A stretch of 64,000 nucleotides of DNA. Origin: an uncultured Gammaproteobacteria bacterium. Lineage in GTDB: Bacteria; Patescibacteriota; Microgenomatia; Levybacterales; UBA12049. Shown here one piece after another: positions 1 through 10,640 of the stretch. Below the pieces are notes generated by a model. That model did not search any database and was not told the origin of the DNA. It saw only the letters and a program-made list of their open reading frames with translations. Where the stretch lies: positions 71,751 to 135,750 of the forward strand of contig CAZFRF010000001.1 in NCBI GenBank assembly GCA_964521295.1. The letters are read 5' to 3'. Each line of letters begins with the position of its first letter. The stretch's first letter is position 1. A program made the translations under genes and the position numbers.

Positions 1-1
1 A

Positions 2-157
2 TGGGGAGAAAAAACTCTTGCATATAAGATTAAAAAAGATACAAAAGGTTTTTATTACAATTTTGAATTAGAATTAGAAAATGTTCCTGCAGACTTTGAT
101 AAAAAAGTTATTGCTAACGAAGACATACTTAGATATTTATTAATTAGATCAAAATAA
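2..157 (+). CDS. rpsF: 30S ribosomal protein S6, 5'-truncated by the window edge
   Basis: Frame 2 reads WGEKTLAYKIKK...ILRYLLIRSK*, the S6 WGxxxLAYxI motif; lies in the rpsF-ssb-rpsR operon. Confidence 0.93.
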   Translation, partial: WGEKTLAYKIKKDTKGFYYNFELELENVPADFDKKVIANEDILRYLLIRSK

Positions 158-158
158 A

Positions 159-638
159 ATGGCTAAAAGTTTAAATAGAGTTCAGTTAATTGGAAATCTA
201 ACAAGAGATCCAGAATTAAGATATACACCATCGGGTAGTGCAGTTTGTTCATTTAGTATTGCTACTAATAGAAGCTGGACAACTGATACTGGGGAGAAAA
301 AGGACGAATCTGAATTTCACAGAATCGTTGCTTGGAATAAATTAGCTGAAATTTGTAGTCAGTTTTTAACAAAGGGTAGAAAAGTTTTTGTTGAAGGTAG
401 ACTTGCAACTAGAAGTTGGCAAGCGCAAGATGGAACCCAAAAACAAACAACGGAAATTGTTATTTCTGACATGATACTTTTAGATAATAGAAAATCAGAA
501 GGTGGAGAAGATGTTGAGGCAGATGCCTCTCCAAAAGCTCCGAAAGTTGCAAAGAAAGCAGAATCAAAGAAAGAAGAGGAGGTAGTGGAAGAAGGTCCAG
601 CAGAAGAAGAAATAGCTGCAGACGATATTCCATTCTAA
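159..638 (+). CDS. ssb: Single-stranded DNA-binding protein
   Basis: LNRVQLIGNLTRDPELRYT OB-fold start; acidic DDIPF tail. Confidence 0.98.
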   Translation: MAKSLNRVQLIGNLTRDPELRYTPSGSAVCSFSIATNRSWTTDTGEKKDESEFHRIVAWNKLAEICSQFLTKGRKVFVEGRLATRSWQAQDGTQKQTTEIVISDMILLDNRKSEGGEDVEADASPKAPKVAKKAESKKEEEVVEEGPAEEEIAADDIPF

Positions 639-639
639 T

Positions 640-888
640 ATGGCAAAAAGAAAGAAAAGTTTTAAGAGAAATCAAAAAAATACAGCACCTAAAGAGTGTT
701 GGTTTTGTGTAGAGAAAAAAGAGCCAGTATTTTCTGATGCTTCTACTTTATCTAGATTCGTTACCGAAAGAGGTAAGATCATCGGTAGAACTAGAAGTGG
801 ATTATGTGGTAAACACCAAAATAAATTAACTCTTGAAGTAAAACACGCAAGATATATTGCATTAATGCCTTATACAACCTCAGTTTAA
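640..888 (+). CDS. rpsR: 30S ribosomal protein S18 (Zn-binding type)
   Basis: CWFC, RFVTERGKI, GLCGKHQ motifs; operon context. Confidence 0.96.
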   Translation: MAKRKKSFKRNQKNTAPKECWFCVEKKEPVFSDASTLSRFVTERGKIIGRTRSGLCGKHQNKLTLEVKHARYIALMPYTTSV

Positions 889-962
889 TTTAGTTTTAAG
901 TTAAATTTCATCTTGATCCATTTCCCTAAATTTGTAATAATGGAAAGACTGTCGTAATTTAC

Positions 963-2246
963 ATGAAAAGAAATTCATTTATTAGACTTTTTTTATTCGT
1001 AGGTATAGCTTTTTTAATTGGATATTTTTTAGGAGTAAATAAAATTACTCTTGATTGGAAAAATTATAAACCTCAGCTAAATGTTGTCAGTAAAACTCCT
1101 CCTTCCGGCGTATCAAATGTAGACTTTACTCCTTTTTGGGCAGTTTGGGAAAAATTAATGGTAAATTATTACGATAAATCTAAATTAGATCAGCAAAAAA
1201 TGCTCAATGGAGCAATTTCTGGTATGGTTGGAGCACTTGGAGATCAATTTACAATGTATCTTCCTCCAGTGCAAAATGATAATTTCAAACAAGGATTAGC
1301 GGGGCAATTTTCGGGAATAGGAGCTGAGCTAGGAACAAAAGACAAGGATATATTTGTAATCTCTCCTTTAGATGGAAGTCCTGCGGAGAGAGCTGGAATT
1401 AAAGCTGGAGATATAATCTTAGCTGTTGATGGAAAGTCCATTTTGGGTTGGAATGTATCACAAGCAGTTGAAAAGATTAGGGGGCCTAAGGGAACTAATG
1501 TTACTTTAACAGTTTTTCATAAGGATACAAAAAAACAAGCAGATCTAAAAATCACACGCGATGTCATAACGATTAAAAGTGTTGCAATGGACTTAAGAGA
1601 TGCGCAATGTGAAAAAGATAACTGTAAAATAATATCCAAAGGAAACAGTTGTACAGGATCAGGTTGTGTTAAATTTGCCTATATTAGATTGTCTCAGTTT
1701 GGTGATAATACCAATCAGGAGTGGGTATCAATGATTACTGGAATCGTTAACAAGATGAAATCAGAAAATAACGTAAAGGGTGTAGTCTTTGATTTGCGCA
1801 ATAATCCAGGAGGATATTTAACAGATGCAACTTTTATTTCATCTGAGTTTTTGGATTTAGGCAAAACAGTAGTTGTACAAGATAATGGTACAGCAGATAA
1901 GCTGCCAATGACAGCATCTAGGCAAGGTCAATTAACTAAGTCAAAAGTAGTTGTTTTGATTAATAAAGGCAGTGCTTCGGCCTCTGAAATTGTTTCAGGA
2001 GCTTTAAGAGATAATGGTAGAGCAAAGCTAGTTGGTGACACATCCTTTGGTAAGGGTACGATTCAAACAGCAGAGGATTTGGGTGGTGGAGCAGGGATTC
2101 ATATTACTATTGCTAAGTGGCTTACGCCAAATGGAACTTGGGTACATGAAAAAGGTCTAACTCCGGATGTTAAGGTAAGTTTAGATCCGAAAGATCCTTC
2201 AAGAGATACACAACTTGAAAAAGGCGTGTGGGAATTGCTACAATAA
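963..2246 (+). CDS. S41 carboxyl-terminal processing protease (CtpA/Prc-like, PDZ)
   Basis: GIGAEL PDZ, DLRNNPGG, SASASEI, SFGKGTIQ motifs; N-terminal TM. Confidence 0.95.
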   Translation: MKRNSFIRLFLFVGIAFLIGYFLGVNKITLDWKNYKPQLNVVSKTPPSGVSNVDFTPFWAVWEKLMVNYYDKSKLDQQKMLNGAISGMVGALGDQFTMYLPPVQNDNFKQGLAGQFSGIGAELGTKDKDIFVISPLDGSPAERAGIKAGDIILAVDGKSILGWNVSQAVEKIRGPKGTNVTLTVFHKDTKKQADLKITRDVITIKSVAMDLRDAQCEKDNCKIISKGNSCTGSGCVKFAYIRLSQFGDNTNQEWVSMITGIVNKMKSENNVKGVVFDLRNNPGGYLTDATFISSEFLDLGKTVVVQDNGTADKLPMTASRQGQLTKSKVVVLINKGSASASEIVSGALRDNGRAKLVGDTSFGKGTIQTAEDLGGGAGIHITIAKWLTPNGTWVHEKGLTPDVKVSLDPKDPSRDTQLEKGVWELLQ

Positions 2247-2263
2247 ACCCGCATTTAGGACTT

Positions 2264-3400
2264 ATGAAAAAATTAATTGCAGCTTTAGTTTTGTTAGTTT
2301 TGGTCCTACTATTTTGGAAAGGTGCGAGCGTTGCTTTTCCTAGGATGTTTTCTGAGTTAAAATCTTCCACTATTCAACCAGTTAAATTAGTAAACGAAGA
2401 GTCCGGGGTTATAAATGTAGTAAAAGAGGTTGGTCCTTCGGCTGTAACCATTATTGAAAAGCAAACAGTTTCAAATCAAGCAAGATCATTTAGTTTTGGT
2501 CCTTATGGATTTTTTGAAATTACACCTGCGCCTCCATCAGAACAGACAACAGGAATAGGCTCAGGTTTTATAATCAACTCCAGTGGATTAATTGCGACCA
2601 ATAAACATGTTGTGTCAGATACTAATGTTACTTATCAAGTGGTAACAAGCAACGGTAAAACTTATAAAGTAACAAAGGTTTATAAAGATCCTTTAAACGA
2701 TATCGCTTTTGTGCAAATTGATCCCTCTGAGCATAAAGAGCAAAGCTTAAAGCCTGTAACGCTTGGAGATAGCAGTAATTTGCAGGTTGGGCAGTTTGTT
2801 ATTGCTATTGGTACAGCATTAGGAGAATTTAAAAATACAGTTACAACAGGAGTTATATCAGGGCTTGGTAGGGGAATCACAGCTGGAAGTCAATTTGAGG
2901 GATTTGTGGAGAAATTAGATAACGTTATTCAAACAGATGCCGCAATAAATCCTGGAAACTCCGGTGGTCCGTTAGTTAACTCCTTGGGACAAGTAATCGG
3001 AGTAAACACTGCAGTTTCCTCAAGTGGACAAAATATCGGCTTTGCACTTCCAATTAACGTTATTAAGGAAGCATTAGATAATTTTAATAAAAATGGGAAA
3101 TTTAATAGACCTTTCTTAGGCGTATCCTATAAAATGCTCGATAAGCAAACAGCTGAGTTAAATAACTTAGTTGAAGGAGCCTATGTTCAAAATGTAGTTG
3201 AAGATTCTGGTGCAAGTTTAGCTGGTATTGAAAATGGAGATGTAATTATTAGCTTTGATAATAAAAAAGTTACAGGAGATACTGAAGTCTCAAAACTTAT
3301 AGCTGGTAAAAAAGTTGGCGATAAAATTGCCATAACGGTTTGGAGAGATGGAAAAGAAGTTAAGTTAATAGCAGTTTTGGGAGCGGCACCTGAAGAATAA
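2264..3400 (+). CDS. HtrA/DegP-family serine protease with PDZ domain
   Basis: GSGFII, TNKHVV, QTDAAINPGNSGGPL; start taken at ATG 2264. Confidence 0.95.
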   Translation: MKKLIAALVLLVLVLLFWKGASVAFPRMFSELKSSTIQPVKLVNEESGVINVVKEVGPSAVTIIEKQTVSNQARSFSFGPYGFFEITPAPPSEQTTGIGSGFIINSSGLIATNKHVVSDTNVTYQVVTSNGKTYKVTKVYKDPLNDIAFVQIDPSEHKEQSLKPVTLGDSSNLQVGQFVIAIGTALGEFKNTVTTGVISGLGRGITAGSQFEGFVEKLDNVIQTDAAINPGNSGGPLVNSLGQVIGVNTAVSSSGQNIGFALPINVIKEALDNFNKNGKFNRPFLGVSYKMLDKQTAELNNLVEGAYVQNVVEDSGASLAGIENGDVIISFDNKKVTGDTEVSKLIAGKKVGDKIAITVWRDGKEVKLIAVLGAAPEE

Positions 3401-3401
3401 T

Positions 3402-4361
3402 ATGCTAATACAACAAAATATTGCACTTAAAGATTTCAGCAATTTTAAAATTGGAGGAGTTGCTAAATATTTTCTAGAAATTAAAAATACTAATGATTTA
3501 ATAAATGGATTAAGGGAATGGAAGGAAATTTCTGCAACTCTTTCTGATGTTGAAAAAAGGATCTTTATTTTAGGTGGGGGAACTAATATTCTTTTTTCTG
3601 ATGCTGGGTTTAACGGTTTAGTTATAAAAAATTCATTTAGTTTTATTGAGTTAAAGGATGATAGTCAAGTTGCCGTCGGAGGAGGAACAGTTTGGGCAGA
3701 TTTAGTAAATTTTTGTATTGATAATAGTTTATCAGGCCTAGAATGGTCTGGAGGGCTTCCTGGGACAGTTGGTGGGGCTGTAAGAGGTAATGCTGGCGCG
3801 TATGGAGGAGAAACAAAAGATCTACTGGAAGAAGTAGAAAGTATTAATCTCAATACATTGCAAGTAACAATTAGAAATAACAATGAATGTAATTTTAGCT
3901 ATAGAAACAGTATTTTTAAAACCGGCGAGGGTGAAAATGAAATCATCATTAAAGTTAAATTTAAATTAACAAAAGGAAGTAAAGACGTTGTAAGGGCAGC
4001 TTTTCAAGAAAAAATCGATTCAAGAAAGAGTAAACATCCGTTAGAATATCCAAATGTTGGAAGCATATTTAAGAATGTGCCTGTGGAGAAATTTGATACC
4101 AAGCAATTTCTCTATGAACTCGCTCAATATGTTAAAAATGATCCTTTTCCAGTTGTTCCAACTGCAAAAATTAACTTCTTAACAGGACTAAAGGGGGAGA
4201 AGATTGGTGATGCGCAGCTTTCAGAAAAGCATACAAATTTTATAGTTAACTTAGGTAATGCAAGCTCTGCAGACGTAAAGAATTTAATTCAAAATATTAA
4301 AAATAAAGTTAAAGAAAAATTTAATGTTGATTTAGAAGAAGAAATAATGATTTTAAATTAA
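3402..4361 (+). CDS. murB: UDP-N-acetylenolpyruvoylglucosamine reductase
   Basis: GGGTNILF, PGTVGGAVRGNAGAYG, FSYRNS, GSIFKN, KHTNFIVN. Confidence 0.96.
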   Translation: MLIQQNIALKDFSNFKIGGVAKYFLEIKNTNDLINGLREWKEISATLSDVEKRIFILGGGTNILFSDAGFNGLVIKNSFSFIELKDDSQVAVGGGTVWADLVNFCIDNSLSGLEWSGGLPGTVGGAVRGNAGAYGGETKDLLEEVESINLNTLQVTIRNNNECNFSYRNSIFKTGEGENEIIIKVKFKLTKGSKDVVRAAFQEKIDSRKSKHPLEYPNVGSIFKNVPVEKFDTKQFLYELAQYVKNDPFPVVPTAKINFLTGLKGEKIGDAQLSEKHTNFIVNLGNASSADVKNLIQNIKNKVKEKFNVDLEEEIMILN

Positions 4362-5032
4362 CTTTTGTAACCTGAAAAATAATCCAATCTAATTTTATCT
4401 TCATTAACATTTAATTTTTTTAATATCCCCAAAGTTTTTTCAACCATCGAATCTGGACCAGAAATATAATAAATATATTCTGGATGAATATACTGCTTGA
4501 GTAAATTAGGAGTCAATTTTTGTTTAAATAAATTTTTAATTTTAAAATCTTTATTTATCTTTGCAATTTCTTCGAGTTCCTTTAGGAATAAAGCCTGCTT
4601 GGAAGATTTATTTGCATATAACAATGTTATATTTATTTTTTTCTGTTTATAATTTAGCTCCTTTATAATGGAAGCAAAAGGAGTAATTCCGATTCCGCTG
4701 GCAATAAATACGTAATGATTAGTTTTTGAATTAAGAGTAAAATCTCCATCTGGACCTTTTGCGTTAATAGTTTCACCTGGATTTAAATTAAATAATGCTT
4801 TTTTGAAGCTACTGGAATTTTTATAAATCCGTGTTGTAATTGTCGGAAGCTTTTCAGATGGAGAAGAGGAGATTGTGAAAAATCTTTGCTTACCCCTTAA
4901 ATCTGCATTTTTGTGATCAAGGGAATAGATTAAATATTGACCAGCTGTCCAGTTAATTTTTTTTCCGGGTTTAAAGAAGAAGGTGTAAATATTTCCTACC
5001 TCTTTTTTTCTTTTTATTAGTGTTAATTTCAT
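4358..5032 (-). CDS. FAD/NAD(P)-binding oxidoreductase (ferredoxin-NADP reductase-like)
   Basis: AGQY, RFFTISS, GPDGDF, ASGIGITPF, ISGP motifs; start ATG 5032 just after TGnTATATT. Confidence 0.9.
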   Translation of the reverse strand: MKLTLIKRKKEVGNIYTFFFKPGKKINWTAGQYLIYSLDHKNADLRGKQRFFTISSSPSEKLPTITTRIYKNSSSFKKALFNLNPGETINAKGPDGDFTLNSKTNHYVFIASGIGITPFASIIKELNYKQKKINITLLYANKSSKQALFLKELEEIAKINKDFKIKNLFKQKLTPNLLKQYIHPEYIYYISGPDSMVEKTLGILKKLNVNEDKIRLDYFSGYKS

Positions 5033-5067
5033 TTTACAAATATAGCAAAGCTTGTTATAAATATATA

Positions 5068-6750
5068 GTGGATAGAATTTTCTTAGATTTAACACTTGTT
5101 ATTTGTTTAGCTTCAATTTTTTCTATTATTTTTAAATTGCTTAAACAGCCGGAAATCTTAGCCTACATTTTAACAGGTATTGTAATTTCTTCTTTGCATT
5201 TTTTTGGACAAGCAAGTGATCCATTTTTACAAACACTTTCGCAAATTGGTGTAACTTTGCTTCTATTCATGGTGGGTTTGGAAATTAGAATTTCCGAATT
5301 ACTATCAATGGGTAGGGTATTAGTCATTGCTTCGTTGTGGCAAATATTTGTTACGTTTGGTTTAGGATTTTTAATCTCAGGTTTTTTTGGCTTTGATGTC
5401 TTAGGTAGTTTATATGTCGCCAGTGCATTAACTTTCTCGTCAACAATAATTGTAGTAAAACTCTTATCAGATCAGCATGAGTTACATAGTTTGCATGCAA
5501 AGTTTTCATTAGGAATATTACTTGCTCAAGATATTTTTGCAATGGCAATTTTAATGTTTCTTTCAGGTTTTGGTAAAGATGCTGGCGTTAATCCACTTTT
5601 GAATTTTAGTTTAATTTTAGTAAAAGGAATTTTATTAATTGGGTTAATTGCATTGTTATCAAAAAAACTTTTTCCGCATTTCATTGAAAAAATAGCTAAA
5701 AGTTCAGAGACAATATTTTTGGCAAGTCTTGCATGGGTATTTGGATTAGCGGCTTTAGTTAGTTCTAAATTTATTGGTTTTTCTATTGAAATTGGTGGAT
5801 TTCTAGCTGGGGTCGCATTGGCTAATTCTTTGGTGAATTATCAAATTATTGCCAAAGTTAAAATTTTAAGAGATTTTTTCATAGTCATATTTTTTGTGTT
5901 ACTAGGTTTAGAAATGTCGTTTGCTAATATAGGCGAAATTATTATTCCTGCAATTTTTCTATCATTATTTGTTTTACTAGTTAAACCTCTTATTGTGATG
6001 ATTCTGCTTGGAATCATGGGGTATAAGAAAAGAACCTCTTTTTTAACAGGAATTTCTTTGTCTCAAATTTCAGAATTTTCATTAATTTTAATATTTTTAG
6101 GATACAAGCTAGGCCATTTAAACGAAAAAACAGTTTCCTTGCTGACATTAGTTGGTTTAATAACTTTTGCTGTCTCTACATATTTAATTGCTCATTGGAA
6201 GGCGTTATATAAAAAACTAGCTAATAAATTAGATTTACTTGAAAGACAAACCTTAAAGCAAGAAGAAGCAGAGGAAGATGCATTAGAGGCATTAGATAAC
6301 CATGTTGTAGTAGTCGGTGGAGATCAGATGGGAGATTCAATAATTGAAGCTTTAGAGGATCAAAATGTAGATATTGTAATGGTAGATTTTGACCCCAATA
6401 TTGTAAAGAAAATGAAACAGAAAAAAGTCTATAGATTATTCGGTGATATTTCAGATTTGGATATTCAACAAAGAGCAAAGATAGATAATGCAAAATTAGT
6501 AATTTCAACAATTCCAGATACAGAAGATAATTTAATGCTACTTAAAGAGCTGAGGAGGGAAAATAGGAGAGCAAAAATTGTCATGATGGCAATTGAGGGT
6601 AAAGAAGCTAAGATCTTGTATAAAGCAGGGGCTGATTATGTTATTCTTCCACACCTAGCAGGTGGGAGACAAATTGCAAATTTAATTGCTAAAAATGGTA
6701 TCGAAGGTTTAGAGAAATTAAAGGAAAAAGATAAAGTATATCTACGCTAG
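5068..6750 (+). CDS. CPA2 cation:proton antiporter with TrkA-N domain (KefB/KefC-like)
   Basis: [25 protein letters not shown] motifs; C-terminal RCK domain; GTG start 5068. Confidence 0.92.
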   Translation: MDRIFLDLTLVICLASIFSIIFKLLKQPEILAYILTGIVISSLHFFGQASDPFLQTLSQIGVTLLLFMVGLEIRISELLSMGRVLVIASLWQIFVTFGLGFLISGFFGFDVLGSLYVASALTFSSTIIVVKLLSDQHELHSLHAKFSLGILLAQDIFAMAILMFLSGFGKDAGVNPLLNFSLILVKGILLIGLIALLSKKLFPHFIEKIAKSSETIFLASLAWVFGLAALVSSKFIGFSIEIGGFLAGVALANSLVNYQIIAKVKILRDFFIVIFFVLLGLEMSFANIGEIIIPAIFLSLFVLLVKPLIVMILLGIMGYKKRTSFLTGISLSQISEFSLILIFLGYKLGHLNEKTVSLLTLVGLITFAVSTYLIAHWKALYKKLANKLDLLERQTLKQEEAEEDALEALDNHVVVVGGDQMGDSIIEALEDQNVDIVMVDFDPNIVKKMKQKKVYRLFGDISDLDIQQRAKIDNAKLVISTIPDTEDNLMLLKELRRENRRAKIVMMAIEGKEAKILYKAGADYVILPHLAGGRQIANLIAKNGIEGLEKLKEKDKVYLR

Positions 6751-7650
6751 GGGAGTTTCTTCTGATTGTTGATTAAGTTCTTGCATTGCTTCCATGATTT
6801 TATCTAGTTCTCCCTCCATAATAACTGGAAGATTGCTAAAATTTCGATTAATTCTATGATCGGTAAGTCTATCTTGGGGGAAATTATATGTTCGAATTTT
6901 TTCAGCTCTCATTCCATGGCCAACTTGAGTTGCTTTGAGTCCTGCAATTTCACCGTGTTGTTTTTCAACTTCTTGTTCCCAAAGTTTTGCCCTAAGCATC
7001 TCTAAGGCAATCTCTCTATTTTGAGCTTGAAATCTTTGAGTTTGGCAAGTAACAACAATTCCAGTAGGTTTATGTTTAAGCCTTACAGCAGTTGATACTT
7101 TATTTACATTTTGGCCACCATGACCGCCAGCTCTAAAAGCTTCAAATTCAATATCTTCAGGGTTAATATGCAAATCAATATCTTCAAGTTCTGGTAAGAC
7201 GGAAACAGTTGCGGTTGAGGTATGAACTCTGCCTCGTTTTTCTGTTGCAGGAATTCTTTGTACTCTGTGAACTCCAGCTTCAAATTTAAATGTTTCAAAT
7301 GCACCTTTTCCACTTACTTTAATAACATCATCATCTAAGTTTTCTACCTTAAAACCTTGCATTTGTGCGTATCTTGAATACATTCTGAGAAGTTCTTGTC
7401 CCCATAGACTAGCTTCGTCTCCACCAGCTGCTCCCGAAACTTGAATAATAACGTTTCTTTCATCTAAGTCTCCACCTGAATTTTCTTCCTCACCTGATCC
7501 ATAGGTAGCTAGTATTGCTTGTTTTTGATTCTCTAAATCAGTAATTTCAGCTGTTGCTAGTTCTACCATTTGGGGATCTTCAAGAAGTTTTTTGGTTTCT
7601 TCAATTTTACTATCTAACTGCGCTAATTGTACTTGTCTATAGTCTTCCAT
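6742..7650 (-). CDS. prfA: Peptide chain release factor 1 (short N-terminal domain)
   Basis: [10 protein letters not shown] (PxT anticodon loop of RF1), [18 protein letters not shown]; next to rpmE. Confidence 0.93.
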   Translation of the reverse strand: MEDYRQVQLAQLDSKIEETKKLLEDPQMVELATAEITDLENQKQAILATYGSGEEENSGGDLDERNVIIQVSGAAGGDEASLWGQELLRMYSRYAQMQGFKVENLDDDVIKVSGKGAFETFKFEAGVHRVQRIPATEKRGRVHTSTATVSVLPELEDIDLHINPEDIEFEAFRAGGHGGQNVNKVSTAVRLKHKPTGIVVTCQTQRFQAQNREIALEMLRAKLWEQEVEKQHGEIAGLKATQVGHGMRAEKIRTYNFPQDRLTDHRINRNFSNLPVIMEGELDKIMEAMQELNQQSEETPLA

Positions 7651-7662
7651 AGGGGAGTTGGC

Positions 7663-7953
7663 TTATCCAATTTCTGCCAACATTTCTCTTAAGGTTTTTG
7701 GAGCGTTGTCTTGCTTTTTTGACTCTTTATCCTTTTTAGTTACATGAAATTCAGTTGCTTTTTGTTGTTTGTCTTTAAACTTTTGAATTCGTGATGCACT
7801 ATCAACAAATCTTTGCTCGCCAGTATAGAAAGGATGGCAATTTGCACAAAGTTCCACATGAATTACTTCCTGGGTAGAACCAGTTACGAATTTGTTTCCG
7901 CATGCGCAAATTACTTGTGCATCGAAATATTGTGGGTGAATTGCTTGTTTCAT
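7663..7953 (-). CDS. rpmE: 50S ribosomal protein L31
   Basis: MKQAIHPQY, CACG, CANCHPFYTG. Confidence 0.97.
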   Translation of the reverse strand: MKQAIHPQYFDAQVICACGNKFVTGSTQEVIHVELCANCHPFYTGEQRFVDSASRIQKFKDKQQKATEFHVTKKDKESKKQDNAPKTLREMLAEIG

Positions 7954-8008
7954 TACGTCTAATTATACAGCAAAATCAAGCCTAAGACAAGCGTGATATA
8001 ATGCACAA

Positions 8009-8275
8009 ATGTTGAAAGAAAAAAGAATGCTGGACATGGGAATTATGAGTGAGGCAAAACCTTCAGAAAGTTTAGTCTTACGCCAAAAACTTAAAAGAGG
8101 AGGGATAAGCGTTCAATTCCAGCATATTCCAGATGAACAATTGGCCGATTTTGAAAAAGCACTAGCAGAAATAATTGTAACAGATGGTGTTCCGAAGAGT
8201 GTTTTAGCCAGAGAAAGTTACATTAATCCATTGTCATGGACAATTCTTAACCCTGCAAAGATTATTTGTCATTAA
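8009..8275 (+). CDS. Hypothetical protein
   Basis: ORF with TGaTATAAT 6 nt before the ATG; no recognised motif. Confidence 0.55.
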   Translation: MLKEKRMLDMGIMSEAKPSESLVLRQKLKRGGISVQFQHIPDEQLADFEKALAEIIVTDGVPKSVLARESYINPLSWTILNPAKIICH

Positions 8276-8319
8276 TTTCTATTGAACTTAAAATTCCCTA
8301 GTGTTATACTCCCAATGCT

Positions 8320-8610
8320 ATGTCTAGTCCAGATAATAAACCAAGTTTTTTAAAACCCGTAGGTCCTACTGAGTTAAGAATTGAGAGTCATGGTTTTCCT
8401 ATTGGTTCTTTGCGTTGGTTTGGTGGGGAAGTATCTGTTGCTTGGCATGCTGGGCCATTAACTACGCTGCACACGTCTTTGGATTTATTAAGAGAAGTAG
8501 TTGAAACAGGATCTCACGTGCAAGATGTAATTGCCTCAAGGGGAGGACAGGTGTTGGGAAATGAGCATTTAGTTATCAGAGAATCAAATGAACCACAATC
8601 AAATGGTTAA
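8320..8610 (+). CDS. Hypothetical protein
   Basis: ORF preceded by TTGAAC-17-TATACT. Confidence 0.65.
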   Translation: MSSPDNKPSFLKPVGPTELRIESHGFPIGSLRWFGGEVSVAWHAGPLTTLHTSLDLLREVVETGSHVQDVIASRGGQVLGNEHLVIRESNEPQSNG

Positions 8611-8671
8611 TTTAACAAGCTAATCATTGACCTCTTAATTTTTTTTTGCTACAACATTTGTATAACTAAAA

Positions 8672-9136
8672 ATGAAATCAGCAGCTGAAGTTATTGAAGA
8701 TCAAGCGTTAGCGGATGGTGTTTTGGCAGAAGAATATTTACGCAGAAAAACAAATTTAGCAATATTAAGTGATTCGGATGGAACTTTTTCTTGTGGTAGG
8801 GAATATTTTGTAGTTGAAGTAGATAAAGCAGAGCATGTAAGAGTGGTTGATGCCCATGAATCATATCCTCAGGCAAGATTAAGTATTCAGGGTCCTGGTG
8901 GAGAACTTAGAAAAGGAAGGATAATCTCGTCAGACTATCTTATTATCAGCTGCGCAGATGATATCGATCCTCATGAGCCAGCGTTAACACCTGACCCTAT
9001 CAAGCCTGATTCCGAATTAGTTTCTAAGCCTCCGCTTGTTATTCAGGAACAAAGAGTATTAACAAGAGAAGAATCTTTTCCCAGAAGAGGTATGATTTGG
9101 ACTTCAAATAGAAGAAAACCCAATTTTTTGTTATAA
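8672..9136 (+). CDS. Hypothetical protein
   Basis: 154-aa ORF with promoter-like sequence upstream. Confidence 0.65.
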   Translation: MKSAAEVIEDQALADGVLAEEYLRRKTNLAILSDSDGTFSCGREYFVVEVDKAEHVRVVDAHESYPQARLSIQGPGGELRKGRIISSDYLIISCADDIDPHEPALTPDPIKPDSELVSKPPLVIQEQRVLTREESFPRRGMIWTSNRRKPNFLL

Positions 9137-9145
9137 TTCCTCCTT

Positions 9146-9736
9146 ATGCCAAAAGAATTTGAAGCAAGTTTAGTAGAAATAGTTGTTGCTCCTGAATCAA
9201 CAGGTTTAGTATATTTAGCTAAGTTACCAGATGATTTAATTGTGGTAGATGAGCAAGAAGCTTTAATTAGAGCTAATCATAGTCCTCATGCTGTAACTCC
9301 GGGTATAGAGGAAGATGGTGAGACACTAAGATGGGACGCAGAGTGGACTCATGACCAAAAAACAATTTTAGGGGAGGGTTTGTCTATGCCACCATCTATT
9401 GCTCAGGCCTTTGATTTTCAACCTTTAATTAGATTTAGTTTAGGTCGTTATGGCAAAGTTGATATGGTTGGAATCGATGTTCAGAGAGACACTGTTTATG
9501 GGCATTTAGTGTCGCCATTATATAGCGAAAAAGCATTTTCAAGAGTTGCCCAGATTTTAAGAAATGCGTTAAGAACAGATGAATTAAGCACCAATTTATT
9601 ACAAGAAGTACCAGGTATGTTGTCTTGGGAAGCTACCTGGGGAAGGGGCAAGCCTAGTGCGCATATTATAAACACTTTTTTTCAAACTAATCCTGATCGA
9701 AGATTAAGAAGCGCTGGTGTAGATAGAACTAACTAA
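9146..9736 (+). CDS. Hypothetical protein
   Basis: 196-aa ORF, co-oriented, 9 nt after the previous ORF. Confidence 0.7.
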   Translation: MPKEFEASLVEIVVAPESTGLVYLAKLPDDLIVVDEQEALIRANHSPHAVTPGIEEDGETLRWDAEWTHDQKTILGEGLSMPPSIAQAFDFQPLIRFSLGRYGKVDMVGIDVQRDTVYGHLVSPLYSEKAFSRVAQILRNALRTDELSTNLLQEVPGMLSWEATWGRGKPSAHIINTFFQTNPDRRLRSAGVDRTN

Positions 9737-10640
9737 GTAATTTATGAAGTGGATGGTAGTTAATTCTTTTTTCTGCAACAATAATTCCTAGGAATACTAA
9801 TAGTGAACCAATAATATATGGTTCACTAATTTTTTCATTTAGAAGAGGGACAGCAACTACAATTGTTGCAATTGGATCTACATAGGAAAATATTCCAACT
9901 TCAGAAGCCTTGATGTATTTGATGCCGTATGCCGTAATCGTATGGCAGATTGCCGTGCAAGCTACTATGGCAAAAATTAATCCAAGCAGAGGATAGAGGG
10001 TAACATGATGTACCCATAATGTTTGATTGTATTCATTAATAACCAATGGAATTAAAGGTATGGATCCAATTAAAAATGACCAGAAAGAGATAGTAAGAGT
10101 GTTGTATTGAGGGATAATTTTTTTAAGAATAAGTGACCCTACGACTGAGAAAAAAGCAGCAAAAACAAAAAATAAATTACCCGTGATTGATCCATCAACG
10201 CCTTTATCGAGAATTGGAATTAAAACAACAGTGAGTACTCCTATAAAGCTAATTAAAGTACCGATTAAAATCTTCATTTTTAATTTTTCTTTTAAATACA
10301 ATACTGAACCGATAATTAAGATAATCGGACTTGCTGAAAGGATAATTGGTGCATTAATGCTTGAGGAAAGTTTTAAGCCGAAGTTAATAAAAGAAATAGT
10401 CAGTGTAATTCCAGCAACAGCAGATAAAATTAGGGGAATCCAATGCCTTACTTTTACTTTTAGATCTTTTCTAATAAAAATAAATAGAATTAACGCAGAA
10501 AGAAAGAATCTTAAAAAAACAAATGTAAATGGAGGAACTTCTTCTAATGTAATTTTATAAATAGGGAAGGCAGCTCCCCAGATTACATTAGCAATAATTA
10601 AAAATAAAATCGCTAGGGTTCTTTGATTATTTAATTTCAT
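9729..10640 (-). CDS. DMT/EamA family transporter
   Basis: About 10 TM helices in two repeats; IWG, FLRF, LKEKL and LLNEKI motifs. Confidence 0.92.
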   Translation of the reverse strand: MKLNNQRTLAILFLIIANVIWGAAFPIYKITLEEVPPFTFVFLRFFLSALILFIFIRKDLKVKVRHWIPLILSAVAGITLTISFINFGLKLSSSINAPIILSASPIILIIGSVLYLKEKLKMKILIGTLISFIGVLTVVLIPILDKGVDGSITGNLFFVFAAFFSVVGSLILKKIIPQYNTLTISFWSFLIGSIPLIPLVINEYNQTLWVHHVTLYPLLGLIFAIVACTAICHTITAYGIKYIKASEVGIFSYVDPIATIVVAVPLLNEKISEPYIIGSLLVFLGIIVAEKRINYHPLHKLLS

